A DNA stretch of 64,000 nt, taken from NCBI GenBank assembly GCA_964019335.1, contig OZ025717.1:124001-188000 (forward strand). Direction: 5' to 3'. How positions within the stretch are numbered: position 1 is the first letter of the stretch; each line of letters starts with the position of its first letter. A program made the translations under genes and the position numbers. Origin of the DNA: Diplonema japonicum. Lineage: Eukaryota; Protista; Euglenozoa: Diplonemea. Positions 11,689 through 22,021 of the stretch are shown here, piece by piece. The notes beneath the pieces were generated by a model. The model saw only the letters and a list, made by a program, of their open reading frames with translations, had not been told where the DNA came from and made no database searches.

Positions 11689-13034
11689 TTAGTTTTTAAA
11701 CTCGTCCACCCAATCCTTCGGGTTGTCCAAGAGCTGCTTTATCCTGCCAAGCACGTGCGCACGATCAGTCATGACGGCCTTTGTTATTTTTTTTTTTTTT
11801 TATATTATTTTATCCATACCTCAACGGCAGCTCTCGGCATCCCCAGGGGGTCAGCGTGGACGAGCTGCATTACCTTGATTTTACCAGGACTGGTAGGGAC
11901 GCATCTGAAGCCAACTTCATGGAAAAGTCCCCTTACACACCCTTGAGAAACTGGGTACTTCTTGTCGTCGGTGAACGACTTTTGGCAGAGGTACAGCGTG
12001 CCGTCCTGCCTGAACCCGAGCACGGAGGCAAAGAGGTACTCACGTTTCTTAAGCGGCCACGGGCCCAGCTTGTCCACCTTTCTGACAATGCGGGAAACAC
12101 CGTCTTCAACGAGGACTTCTTGCGATTCGTTCTCGGGTGTGAGCTTTGACTTGCAGAAGCCGCCAGCACCGAGGTTCTCCAGCATTTTGATGAACAGTGC
12201 CACTGTTCCTTTCATTTCAGCCTCAGCACGGAAGGCCGCGTATGATGTCTTTCCTTCAGGCCTTCTGTACAACGGGACTTGGTGGCCGGGGGAGATTTTA
12301 TCAACAGTGATGGTCTTTGACACCGTGAATTGTTTTTCATCGTCACACGCGGCAGCGAAAGCTTCTAGCATGCCGTCGATGTGGCCTCCGAATTTCCCGT
12401 TCACGAAGTCTCCCCCGAGCATCATTCGCCTCACGCTCATGGCAACACCTTCTGGTTTTTTGCGCTCCTGGGCGCAGATGGGGATCAACCCGGACACGCT
12501 CCCCTCGTACACCTCAAGTGTTATTTTATCATCGGTTTTTGAAATTTTGACCAAAGTGTTGAAGTACGCCCCGTCGCTTTGCTTTGTCGTGTCTGTTTTG
12601 TACGTAACGTGTGTGACGCCGTCCTTTTCATATTCCTTTCTTATCAAGTTGTATGTGATGGTGTGCAGCAGGAAGGGCCACTTCACAACACGGGTTACGT
12701 TTTCACCTTGGGTTGTGTCATCAGGGAATTCCAGCCTCTTTAAGATGTCCTTTACTTCTTCTTCCGATTCGTATGTCACTTTGCACCTGCACAGCATAGT
12801 TTCGTCCACGGTTCGTTGTTCCACGTTCAGCTTGATCCCATCCACCTTGAACACCCCTGCAGGCTGCCACCCCTCACCTTCCAAGTCCCCTGTGTACACC
12901 TTCGGCTTCAAAACACCCTCCGCAGCCACCGTTTGTGCCGGTTGCTTCTCCCCTTCACCATTTATCAACCTCCATCTGTAAAACTTCTCGTCGGTGCTGC
13001 CAGGGGGCCTGATGCGGTATTTTTTCACGGTCAT
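11689..13034 (-). CDS. START/SRPBCC lipid-binding domain protein; 2 exons
   Basis: START motifs LGPWPLKKREYL, YPVSQGCVRG, VHADPLGMPRAAV. Intron 11779-11819 (GTATGG...CAAAG) restores the terminal helix AVMTDRAHVLGRIKQLL...FKN*. Confidence 0.82.
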
Positions 13035-13210
13035 TTTTTCTTCTTCTTCTCTCTTTCTTCCTCCTTTCCCCCTTTTTTTTTCTTCTTTTTCCCCCTTCTC
13101 TGCCCTGTTCAATAAAAAGAAGAATAATAAAAAAAAAAAATAACTAACTCACACACTTAAGCAAAGAAGCTAAAAAAAAATAAAAATAAAACCCCTCATT
13201 TCTTGCCCCA

Positions 13211-13693
13211 TCACCAATTCTTATAACCCTCTGAAGATGCGTATGGGTTCCCGCCAGGAGTGTGTGTAGGTAGCAGCGGGTCGGTCATGGGGCCTTCCAT
13301 GGGGCTCTCTTTGCGAAGCATCAAGCCGCCACCGGCGATGAGGAGCGCGCCGCCAAGGAAGTGGCTCGAGAACAGCCCACAAACGCCGAGCGCGATGTGC
13401 GTGAAGCCCTGGACTTGAAAGGCAGAGGAGGAGGGGAGGTATTTTTCTACAAGGTTCTCCAAGTAGTGGAGGACCCCTCGCTGTGCTTCGCTGCCGAAGA
13501 CTCTCGAGAGAGATGTCACGCCCAAAGAGAAGCCCACTGCACCGCCAACACCCCCTGTTGCCAGATAGTAAAACCCCGATAATATCAACCACAGCCCACC
13601 ACACGCAATGTAGAACATTGGATCGGCCACCTCCATCGACCGGACCCGCGACACCACCGCCGATACTGAGAACGGGACGGCTGCCCCAGACAT
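13211..13693 (-). CDS. Small multi-pass membrane protein
   Basis: 160-aa ORF with several Gly-rich hydrophobic segments and a polar tail. Confidence 0.7.
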   Translation of the reverse strand: MSGAAVPFSVSAVVSRVRSMEVADPMFYIACGGLWLILSGFYYLATGGVGGAVGFSLGVTSLSRVFGSEAQRGVLHYLENLVEKYLPSSSAFQVQGFTHIALGVCGLFSSHFLGGALLIAGGGLMLRKESPMEGPMTDPLLPTHTPGGNPYASSEGYKNW

Positions 13694-13803
13694 GGCCGCA
13701 ACGTGTAAAAAAGGGGGAGAGGGGAGCAGGCCTTATTTTTATTTACTTTAATTTTTTTGCGTAATAAATGCGGAATAATAAAAAAAAAAAAAAAAAAAAA
13801 GTG

Positions 13804-14385
13804 TCAAATTCTCCCCACTGGGACCTTTGGCAAGCCGTTCCCCATCATCCCGTACTTCCGTTTTGCTTTACTATCCATGGATGCGGCTATCACTGCAGCG
13901 GTAAAGGAGGCGGCCCCAAGCAACGGTAAATGCTCGTAAAGCTCCGACCATGGGGTGGAGTGTGTCATTGTAATTGAGAGGTAAGGAGAAGATTCAGCTT
14001 GAATAGTGACGTTCGGTCCAAAGAGGATGGTGGGGATTGCTGAGACTGAGGGGAACGAAACGGTTGCCGAGCCCACAAAGGTCACTATGTGACAGGACTT
14101 GTCGGCGATATATTCTTGCTGCGTCACCTCCCCAGCTTCTACAACAAGTTCGGTGGCTGTCATGTTGCAGATTTCTACGGCACTCGGGATGTAGGATTCG
14201 CTTTTTATTTCGGACACTACCCACCACACCCCGCACATCCCCACACCTATGATGCCCAGTAGAGCAAGGCTCAGGTACAAAACCATTTTCGGCACCCCAA
14301 CATTCACCTGCCCCTCTAGTTCGGCATCAATGTCTCTCAGCATCTTCTTGAATTGCTTCTCACGCTCGGCTTCCGATTTCGACAT
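13804..14385 (-). CDS. Hypothetical membrane protein with two TM segments
   Basis: 193-aa ORF; hydrophobic segments VLYLSLALLGIIGVGMCGVWWVV and LPLLGAASFTAAVIAA. Confidence 0.7.
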   Translation of the reverse strand: MSKSEAEREKQFKKMLRDIDAELEGQVNVGVPKMVLYLSLALLGIIGVGMCGVWWVVSEIKSESYIPSAVEICNMTATELVVEAGEVTQQEYIADKSCHIVTFVGSATVSFPSVSAIPTILFGPNVTIQAESSPYLSITMTHSTPWSELYEHLPLLGAASFTAAVIAASMDSKAKRKYGMMGNGLPKVPVGRI

Positions 14386-14588
14386 CTATTTGTCGTTTGC
14401 GTGTATTTTACCCCTTTCTTTTTTCTTTTTTCTTTTTCTTTTTTTTTTTTTGCCCGTTGTCCCGTAATGTAGGCAAATATATATAAAAAAAGAAAGAAAA
14501 TAACAAGAATATGTGAAACACACTCCTTTTTTTGTTTTTTTTTTTGATCCCTATAATTTTCTTTTTTTAAAAAAAAAACTTTTTTTCC

Positions 14589-14691
14589 TTACGCCCAAGG
14601 AATATCCTCAATGGCAGACGACTGCCCACTGACAACTGACTCGCCCCCACCAAGGTACGAAGCGGAGGCGGATGTGGAACTCATGGCAGGG

Positions 14692-14729
<38 letters not shown>

Positions 14730-15979
14730 CCTTCCCCAAAGAAATACCTTGCACCCGAAAAGATCGACCCTCCAGGTGAGGCACCACTGTTGGACCTAGA
14801 CCGCGCACCAGACAGTTCACCTTCTCTGTTCCCGGTGCGGAGGTTCTTGTGCAAAGACCTTTTAGAAACGTCGATTTTCTCGTAAAAAATCTGAACAGCC
14901 TCCGTCAGAAGTTCTGCTGACGTCATGCAACCAGTGGTCTCGATCGTGAAAATATAGTCGAATCTGAAGGGAGATGGAAAAAAAAAAGAGAGAGAGAAAA
15001 AAAGTTACCTTCCAAGCATGTCCCTCTTCCTACGGACCGAGACAAGCTGCCGTTTACCCTTGAAGTTCCCGAAGGGCTCTGTTTGATTTGTCATGCATTC
15101 TTCACAGAAGAAGCATTTGGTGACGTTTTCCTGGTTGACCTCAACCTTGTTTCTCTGTTTGTTGAAGGAGTAGACCTTCCGGGGGCAGAATTGAATCCAT
15201 CGTTTCTTGTCCGACATCGCAAGCTCTGCGAAGGCCTTCTCGTTCAGGTTGATCTCCGGAATGTACTGCATCGCGACTGTTGCAGCAGGGCTCCATTTGG
15301 AATGTTCCTTCCCGATACCCTTGCGAGCTACGCATTTCACATGGATTTCCTGTCCTCTGGCCAATTCGACTAGGACGATGGGATATGTGTCTTGAACACA
15401 CGGGTGGTGGATTGGGTTTATATTTGCACCCTTGTCGCTGGGTTCCATTGCATTTTTCAAGTCAACTGATGTTACGGTCAAACGGGTGCTTTCAGTGCAC
15501 CGCACGCGAAGCTCGAAGGAAACTGAGCAGTTTGAACAATGACTGTCGCAGTTGCAGTCTCGTGGGTTGACGATCTCACGCGTGATGTTGTGCCGCGTCC
15601 CATCGTTCGCGGTGTAGAAGGTTTCCAACGGAACAAGCCCTAGCCTGTGCACAAGCATCTCGTCATGAAGCACAGAATCGTTCTGAAATACCTCCACCGT
15701 GTCGATGCACAGCGTCGGGACCTCCGCCAACATGATCCTTCGCAGTGCGTTCGCAAACGATGACTCTATATGTGCCAGCCTTAATGTCAGCACATCCGCT
15801 GTTTTATCCAACACCTGAATCTCTAAGTCTTGTGCGTCTTGGTTCGCAACCGGGCCATCAACGTTTGCCACCTCCACCGGTACAGACCCCCTGTGGATCC
15901 CCGGACTGCTCCCCGACCCCACTCCGCTTCCTGAGTGTATTCCACTCCCTGACTGTGCTGCGCTTCCAGAATTCGACAT
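14589..15979 (-). CDS. RPB3: RNA polymerase II subunit RPB3; 3 exons
   Basis: FANALRRIMLAEVPT, SVLHDEMLVHRLGLVPL, Zn motif CNCDSHCSNC, KGIGKEHSKWSP, CPRKV...CFFCEEC. Introns 14964-15008 and 14692-14747; exon 2 supplies the conserved FTIETTG segment. Confidence 0.93.
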
Positions 15980-16340
15980 TTTTTTAAAATATTTTTTTTT
16001 TTCTTCAGTTTTTTTTTTTTTTTTCCCCTCGCCTCCTCTCACCTCCCCCTCTCCCTGGCCCTGTGAGAATGGAAAGGATAGAGTGTGTTGGACCACGGCT
16101 TTGCGGAGGTGCAGTCATGACGTTGGTATTGACGAAAATGAGACAGGAATGATGAATGGGAGACTGTCCCACTAAAAAAAAAAAGGGAAAAAAAAAAAAG
16201 AAAAAAAAACTCGATAACATTTCACTGTGCATGGGGGGGGCGCTCACTGTTCAAAAAAAAAAGAGAGCATTTTCCCCCCCTCTCTTTTTCTTTGAAGGGA
16301 ATGTTGGTTTTTTTTTTTTTTTTTTTCTTTTTTTTTTTAA

Positions 16341-17683
16341 CCATCTACCAACGAGCGTCTTTATAGAGACGATTTGAAAAAAAATCTTTTGCGCAAAGGG
16401 CTTTCAATGCAATACAGCCCGGCCACTTCTCGCATCCGGGGTCCTGCGCGGAAAATATGAAAAATATAAACTAAATGCTGCCCTAACTTTGCAAGAAAAT
16501 GAAAAAATAATATATGAGTTAAATTAAAAAAGGTGTTTCCCTGGATCTCGATGCTGCTTCTCTGCATACCTTCCTAGGTGCCCTTTTGTCGATGGACTTG
16601 ATATCATGCCAGATTATTCTGACTACTGGCGTACTGGTTCACGCCTCTCAACCACACCCCTGGGTACGCCACCGTCATGTCAAGAGACCGCTTTTTGACT
16701 ATTCTGGGAAATCTGTGTTTCCACAGCGAAACAAACAAGCGTGCACCACAACGTGGCATGCCATCAAGCCTGTGCGCTTTCTGTCGACGTTGGATGTTCT
16801 GGTGAAGTCAAATTTGGCGTGTCGGCCAAAAGAGAATGAAAGCCGGAGGCCTTCCAGAAAGGACATCCCTCAAGTGCATATTTACAACACCGCAATGGGC
16901 GGAACCGACGCTGGGTGACGCTGTGACAAAACGCCATAAACGCACCCTTATGACTTCGAAGTGGCCCCTGAAAGTATTTTCGTACGTGTTAGATAAATCT
17001 CTGGCAAATGCCCGGTTTGTTTGGAAAGAAGCATTGCCCCCCAACACCCTGAGTACGAACGACAGTGGATTCACGCCTTTCAAAGAGGCAGTCATCGAAG
17101 GGCTCTAGGGAGGCTGCCCAAACAACAGCTAAAGTCAACTACAGAGCAGGCTGCCCCAATACCATGCCCCGAAACACAGAACGAGTGCCCTGAGACCCCA
17201 ATGCGCCGCGACAGCACCTTCTGGGACCATTTCCCCGAAAAAGTAGCGCAACGTGCGGTGCAAGCATTGCAAGTCGAAAAGACCCCTATTTCAGTGTTCA
17301 GCCTGCTTGGTACAACTTTGCGTGACTCCGTGCTTCAAAGACTACCACCTTGCCGGGGATACCCCCCAGAAACCCCTCTCGGGGTCAAAAAAAGAAGTCC
17401 CCCAGCCTGGGGCACGTACGAACCGCGTCAGGAAGGCCTTGAATAGCTTTTTATAGAATTTTACAGTCGATTTTTTTTGACTTGTTTTTTGTACCCCCTC
17501 TCGGGCACTTCAGGAACGATATTTTTGACAATGTTGTGGGGGTGGGCCCTGCTGTGGGCACCCTCTCTCTAGTATTGGGACATCTGGAGGCATTTCCGGG
17601 GGCATATAGCCCGCTAGAATAGTTTTTTTTTAAAGTTTTGAAAATTTACCCCCTGTGGGCAAAAACGGTCCGTTGGTAGATGG
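16341..17683 (+). mobile_element. piggyBac DNA transposon, internally deleted (second family)
   Basis: TTAA at 16337-16340 and 17684-17687. Perfect 13-bp TIRs CCATCTACCAACG / CGTTGGTAGATGG. Fragments YNTAMGGTD, KWPLKVFSYVLDKSLANA and the Cys-rich C-terminus CKHC...QCSACLVQLCVTPCFKDYH. Confidence 0.93.
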
Positions 17684-17694
17684 TTAAATAATTT

Positions 17695-17932
17695 CATTCT
17701 GAAATTGCTTCACGCACTCAGGGGGCTCATTACCTCAACGGTGAAGTCACGGCTGTGACCTGACAAGGGTTGAGGCTTCTGTGCCCTTGTGGAGTAAGAA
17801 ATTTCAGAGTGTCGTGAAATAAAGACCACTTATCTACCGCCAAGGAATGACCTTACCTGTGGGGGGGAACAAAGAGCGGAATCACCCTCCCCTCGGGGTA
17901 AGCCAGTACTTGTTGGCAGTAAGTTGGCTATA
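17695..17932 (+). ncRNA. Candidate structured non-coding RNA (two long hairpins)
   Basis: Two multi-stem hairpins, about 17695-17811 and 17826-17927, whose non-Watson-Crick pairs are G-U on the plus strand; balanced composition inside a homopolymer-rich spacer; no convincing ORF. Confidence 0.5.
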
Positions 17933-18563
17933 TTCTTATTCCCCTTTGAATTTATATCATTTCGAAAAAAGGAGGAAAGAGAAAAGGAAAAAGGTCCTCA
18001 GAAAGAATGGAATAAGGGCCTCGGAAAAAAAAAAGAAAAAAAGATGTGATCACTTTATGCAATTTAGCAGTATATAAAGTGATCACATCTTTTTTTTTTT
18101 TTTTTTTTTTGCAGTAAAAAATGTTGGGACGTGGGGGGGAGGTGTTACAATATAAATAAAAAGGAATGGAAAGGCTCTCAATAAAGGGATTTTTTCCCTC
18201 GCGCAGAGGAGGGACGGTTACAGGGTTGTGTGTGCGTGTGCGTGTGTGTGTTTTTTTTCCTTCCTTCCTTCTTTTTTTTCCCTCTGTTCTTCCTCCTTCG
18301 AAGAAAGATGGGGGGGGGGGGGGGGGGGGGCTGCGCGAAATGCAAATCTTTATTTTTATTTTTGAGGGAAAAAAAAAGGACAAAAAAAGAAAAAAAACCT
18401 CTTTCCTTCATATTCCACAGTTTGTGATAACGCAAGTTTCCAAAAAACTGGGGAGTAAAAAAAAAACAATATACGGGGAGAAGCGGGTGGGGGGGGGACA
18501 AGGGTAACATACAACAAACAATTGAAAGGGGGAAAAGGGGAGGTGGGGAAAGCAAAAAAAATC

Positions 18564-20756
18564 TCAGATCATCTGAGGATGACGGAACTCCAGGATGCTC
18601 TGTGTGGGGTTGAGGGAACAGGTTTGACGGGGTGACCTGTGCGAGGCTGTGGACCCAGTGGAAGAGCGGCGTGTGCTAAGCCGCACACATCCTGCATCGC
18701 AGGCCTTGTGGAGCTTGACAGAGTCCCCGCGTGCTACCGACGGATGGTGTCTGGCAAAATAGGTGGTGAAGGCCTCCTGGTCTGAAGCATCCCGGTCCAC
18801 TCGAGGGGGTGAGAGGACTTGGCCCTCCCACATGAGTTCGTTGTCAAGGCAGTTCCGCCATGTCATGTTGACACTCTCTCTGAACCGCGGCCCACCTGCC
18901 GTCTCCGCCCACTTAAGCACCTCCACAAGCCACTCCCTCGAACACTCCTCGGCTGTGATCTCATTCGGCCCGTAAGGATCAAAGTAGTTGTAGAGGAGTG
19001 CGTACCCCGGGCACCCCATGGGCAGCAACGTCCTGTCCACCAGCTGCTTCCTCGCTCCCAACAGTCTCATGTCCATATAAGTCAGCCCCGTCACTGGGCA
19101 CACAAACGGTCCCTTCTCCACATCGAGCATCTCTTCCACTTCTTCCCTCCACAGTGGTGGGTCTGTCAACCTCTTCTTCTTCCTTTTCCTCGGTTTCAAA
19201 TCGTACTTAGCGCCCCGCCCGTCGCACAGCCGTGTCTCCCACCCTCCTGGAGTCGCCCAGTGTATCTTCGACCCCCCCATGTACCCGGAAGGCCGTGACA
19301 CCGGCTGGTCTTTCTTCTGTCGTGACGGCGGTGTCTTTGCCCGCTTGTCCCTCATTTTCTTGCCTCCTCGCGTGGCCTCGACGGGCAGCGCGGGCTTTCT
19401 GTCAAACTTCTCGTTGATGAAGTAGTACTGCGGAGCGGGCACGGCAGGCGCGATGTACTTCCTGTCCGTGAAGATAACAGAGCCAGGGAAGGAGCTCCCG
19501 ATGGAGCTACCCAGTGAGTTGGACCGCTTGCGCGGAAAGCGCACCTGGCTGGCGACAGCAGGAGCAGTCGGTGGTGTACGTGAACGGCTGCCGTGCACGT
19601 ACCCGTTGGAGACAGCCTCAGACGGTGAGGGTGTGTAGGAAGGCACGTAGGTAGCCTCCTCCTCTTCTTCATCCTCAGGCGGTGGCGGTGGCGGGTATTC
19701 AGGGGCTGGTGTAATACACCCTGCTGCGTAAGAATATGTTCTTATATTAATAGAAGGCCTAGAGATAACAGGGGTCCCACCACCTGGGATCGGCAGAGGC
19801 CCCTTAGACACCTCCATCTCAGGCTTGCTTTCGGGTTGTTTGATCTTTGGAGGCTCTGTTGCTCGAATATGGGTCGATCTCGGAGGAGGTGCGAGACATG
19901 CTATTGAAGCGCATAGTGACACAAGAACCAGTTCCGGGACTGGTACGCCCCAGAATATGTGCAAAGATCGCAACTTTGCGGTCGTCTTGCTGTCCTTTAA
20001 GAGGCCCGTCCCGCTGCCTTTGTATCTGTCAAAGACAGAGCTGATGATGCCCGAGTCGGGGTTGATGATAAGGTCCTTGGCGGCGAAGCACGTGGGAGTC
20101 GAGACGTTGGTGCGTTTCGTGAGCTTATCACCATCGATGTGCTCGAATTGGTGCAGCCCGCTGGCGTCGGCGTTGAAGATGAATGAGGGACGGTTCAGCA
20201 AGGTGCTGGTATGGAAGCCGCCGAGGATTTGCTCATCTTCGGTGGTAAGGATGACGAAAAGAGGGACGCACCCGTAGCAGGCATGCGTCACGCCCTCATG
20301 GCTGCCGTTTGAGAAGGTCGACTCGTAGATGAGCTTGAAGTTATTTACAGGAACAGAACACCACGACGACATGACGCCTACGTGTTCCCTGCCGAAGTTG
20401 TACCCTTGCATGAGCACAGTGGCGAATGCCTTCCCACAAGGCCTCACGGGACGGGGTGATGGAGACCTGCTCGACCTGCGCACCACGTGTTCCGTTTCAC
20501 TGTCTAATGGTTGAGTTGTGTCTGAGTCCGAGTCACTGTCCAGCGTCAGCTCCTTGCTGGCAGTGCGCTCTGTCGGCATCACAACACTTAAATCCACCTC
20601 CTCGCCCCTCCCCTCTGCCGAGGGTTCTCTCCCCCGTCCAGGCGGCATCTTGTAGGGCCTCTGCGCCGGTGGTTTCAATAGACCCTTTGGCGGTGGCGCC
20701 TTCCACACGTTGCTATTTGCACTTGCATTGCTACCTGCGCTCCTGCTTCTATTCAT
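18564..20756 (-). CDS. TLDc-like domain protein with long low-complexity regions
   Basis: FKLIYESTFSNGS...HACYGCVPLFVILTTEDEQILGGF...PSFIF resembles TLDc. Likely start MNRSRS at 20756; the longer ORF-track start overlaps the next gene. Confidence 0.7.
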   Translation of the reverse strand: MNRSRSAGSNASANSNVWKAPPPKGLLKPPAQRPYKMPPGRGREPSAEGRGEEVDLSVVMPTERTASKELTLDSDSDSDTTQPLDSETEHVVRRSSRSPSPRPVRPCGKAFATVLMQGYNFGREHVGVMSSWCSVPVNNFKLIYESTFSNGSHEGVTHACYGCVPLFVILTTEDEQILGGFHTSTLLNRPSFIFNADASGLHQFEHIDGDKLTKRTNVSTPTCFAAKDLIINPDSGIISSVFDRYKGSGTGLLKDSKTTAKLRSLHIFWGVPVPELVLVSLCASIACLAPPPRSTHIRATEPPKIKQPESKPEMEVSKGPLPIPGGGTPVISRPSINIRTYSYAAGCITPAPEYPPPPPPEDEEEEEATYVPSYTPSPSEAVSNGYVHGSRSRTPPTAPAVASQVRFPRKRSNSLGSSIGSSFPGSVIFTDRKYIAPAVPAPQYYFINEKFDRKPALPVEATRGGKKMRDKRAKTPPSRQKKDQPVSRPSGYMGGSKIHWATPGGWETRLCDGRGAKYDLKPRKRKKKRLTDPPLWREEVEEMLDVEKGPFVCPVTGLTYMDMRLLGARKQLVDRTLLPMGCPGYALLYNYFDPYGPNEITAEECSREWLVEVLKWAETAGGPRFRESVNMTWRNCLDNELMWEGQVLSPPRVDRDASDQEAFTTYFARHHPSVARGDSVKLHKACDAGCVRLSTRRSSTGSTASHRSPRQTCSLNPTQSILEFRHPQMI

Positions 20757-20863
20757 ATCATTTTCTCTCTTCGATTTGTCTGTGGCTGTGAGGTTACTTG
20801 TTGTGCATCTTACAGGCAACAATACTAATGACAAGTTGTTCGGACTAGAAAGCTCCACTGGGT

Positions 20864-21949
20864 TCACTGCATTCTGCGTTTCTTGACAAGGTGCGATTCC
20901 CACCCAGGTGACGAGAATGTGTAGTAGGCGGTCTCGTCCTCGCACAGCACAGGGCTCTGCGACGCGAATTTCTCAAATGATAACTTGACAGCAGTCTTTC
21001 TGATACCTGACCTGTCAGGCAGCGGACGGGATATCTCTTCTTGGATAGAGCTGGCTTGGAGGACTGCTGCTTCATGGCGTTCGAGGGATGAGGCGTCTTG
21101 GTAGCTGGCAGAGTCGTGGTTGCACTTAACAAGGTAACTCCATGGCGCAGAAGGGAGCGTCTCGGTAGTGAAAGTAGTGGTACCACGTGTTACAACGTAG
21201 CCACTACTTCGGCTTGCAAGGAGGAAGTACGCTGGAGCGATGAGGTCGCTGGACTCAAGCATCTTGACTGCCTTTTCCTCGCAGATCACGTTGTCAAGGA
21301 TGATCTTTCGCACCAACGACGCTACCGGCCACATTTTACGTGATGACTTGATAGCCTTCACGGTGGCCACCCACCGTCGCTGCAAAGCATGAGTCACCTC
21401 AGAGTCCGTGTTTAGGGTTTTCCCGTACTGCGGACGATGATTCACTGCTACGGTGTACTCATTGATGAGGTCTGTCGCTGTTATGAAGCCCACCATCCCG
21501 AGGAAAGTGGGGACGGTTGCCTGCTGTACGCCGTTTTTGATAAAGACAGCATTGATGACCAGTGGTGAGAGGCTGGAGTCCCAGTCACATGTGCGGGATA
21601 TCACGGGGCACTTTCCCGCACGCAGCAGTATCGACGTGCACCCAGCCACCGCAAGCTCATACTGCATCTGTGCTAGCACCATCAGCTGGTACTCAATGCA
21701 AGCCGTTTTTGCAATGCCTTTCACCTCGTCGACTGCGTCCCCCACACCCAGTTCCTTCACCATCCGCTCCCACTCGCGCACCATCTCTCCCAGTCTCTTC
21801 TTACCCACCTCTTTCCCCGCTTCTTTCAACTTCTTCCCTAATCCCTTCAGCTCCGTTTTGAACTTGAGGGCGCCTTGCACCCATCGCTCTTCTGGTGGCA
21901 GGTCCAGATCAATCACAACATCTTTCACAGGTTCGTACACCTTTTGCAT
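20864..21949 (-). CDS. Acid ceramidase / NAAA-family Ntn hydrolase
   Basis: IDLDLPPEERW, YELAVAGCTSI (nucleophile Cys), SRTCDW, LIAPAYFLL, YLVKCNHD. Confidence 0.88.
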   Translation of the reverse strand: MQKVYEPVKDVVIDLDLPPEERWVQGALKFKTELKGLGKKLKEAGKEVGKKRLGEMVREWERMVKELGVGDAVDEVKGIAKTACIEYQLMVLAQMQYELAVAGCTSILLRAGKCPVISRTCDWDSSLSPLVINAVFIKNGVQQATVPTFLGMVGFITATDLINEYTVAVNHRPQYGKTLNTDSEVTHALQRRWVATVKAIKSSRKMWPVASLVRKIILDNVICEEKAVKMLESSDLIAPAYFLLASRSSGYVVTRGTTTFTTETLPSAPWSYLVKCNHDSASYQDASSLERHEAAVLQASSIQEEISRPLPDRSGIRKTAVKLSFEKFASQSPVLCEDETAYYTFSSPGWESHLVKKRRMQ

Positions 21950-22021
21950 GCTGCCTGTGTGGGTGTAAAACCTCAGAAAACAGGTTCGCAGAAATGAACA
22001 ACAAAGAAAGCATCGTAAAAT

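Noticed and set aside
17393-17735. RNase MRP-like words GAAGTCCCC ... GGGGCTCATT
   Set aside because: The first word lies inside the piggyBac and the second outside it, so they cannot be one ancestral RNA.
17852-17940. U1 snRNA (CTTACCTG) or snR30 m1-like (ATATTCTTA) identity for the double hairpin
   Set aside because: No U1-70K loop or Sm site, and the motif is internal and base-paired; the snR30 m2 motif AAACCAT is absent.
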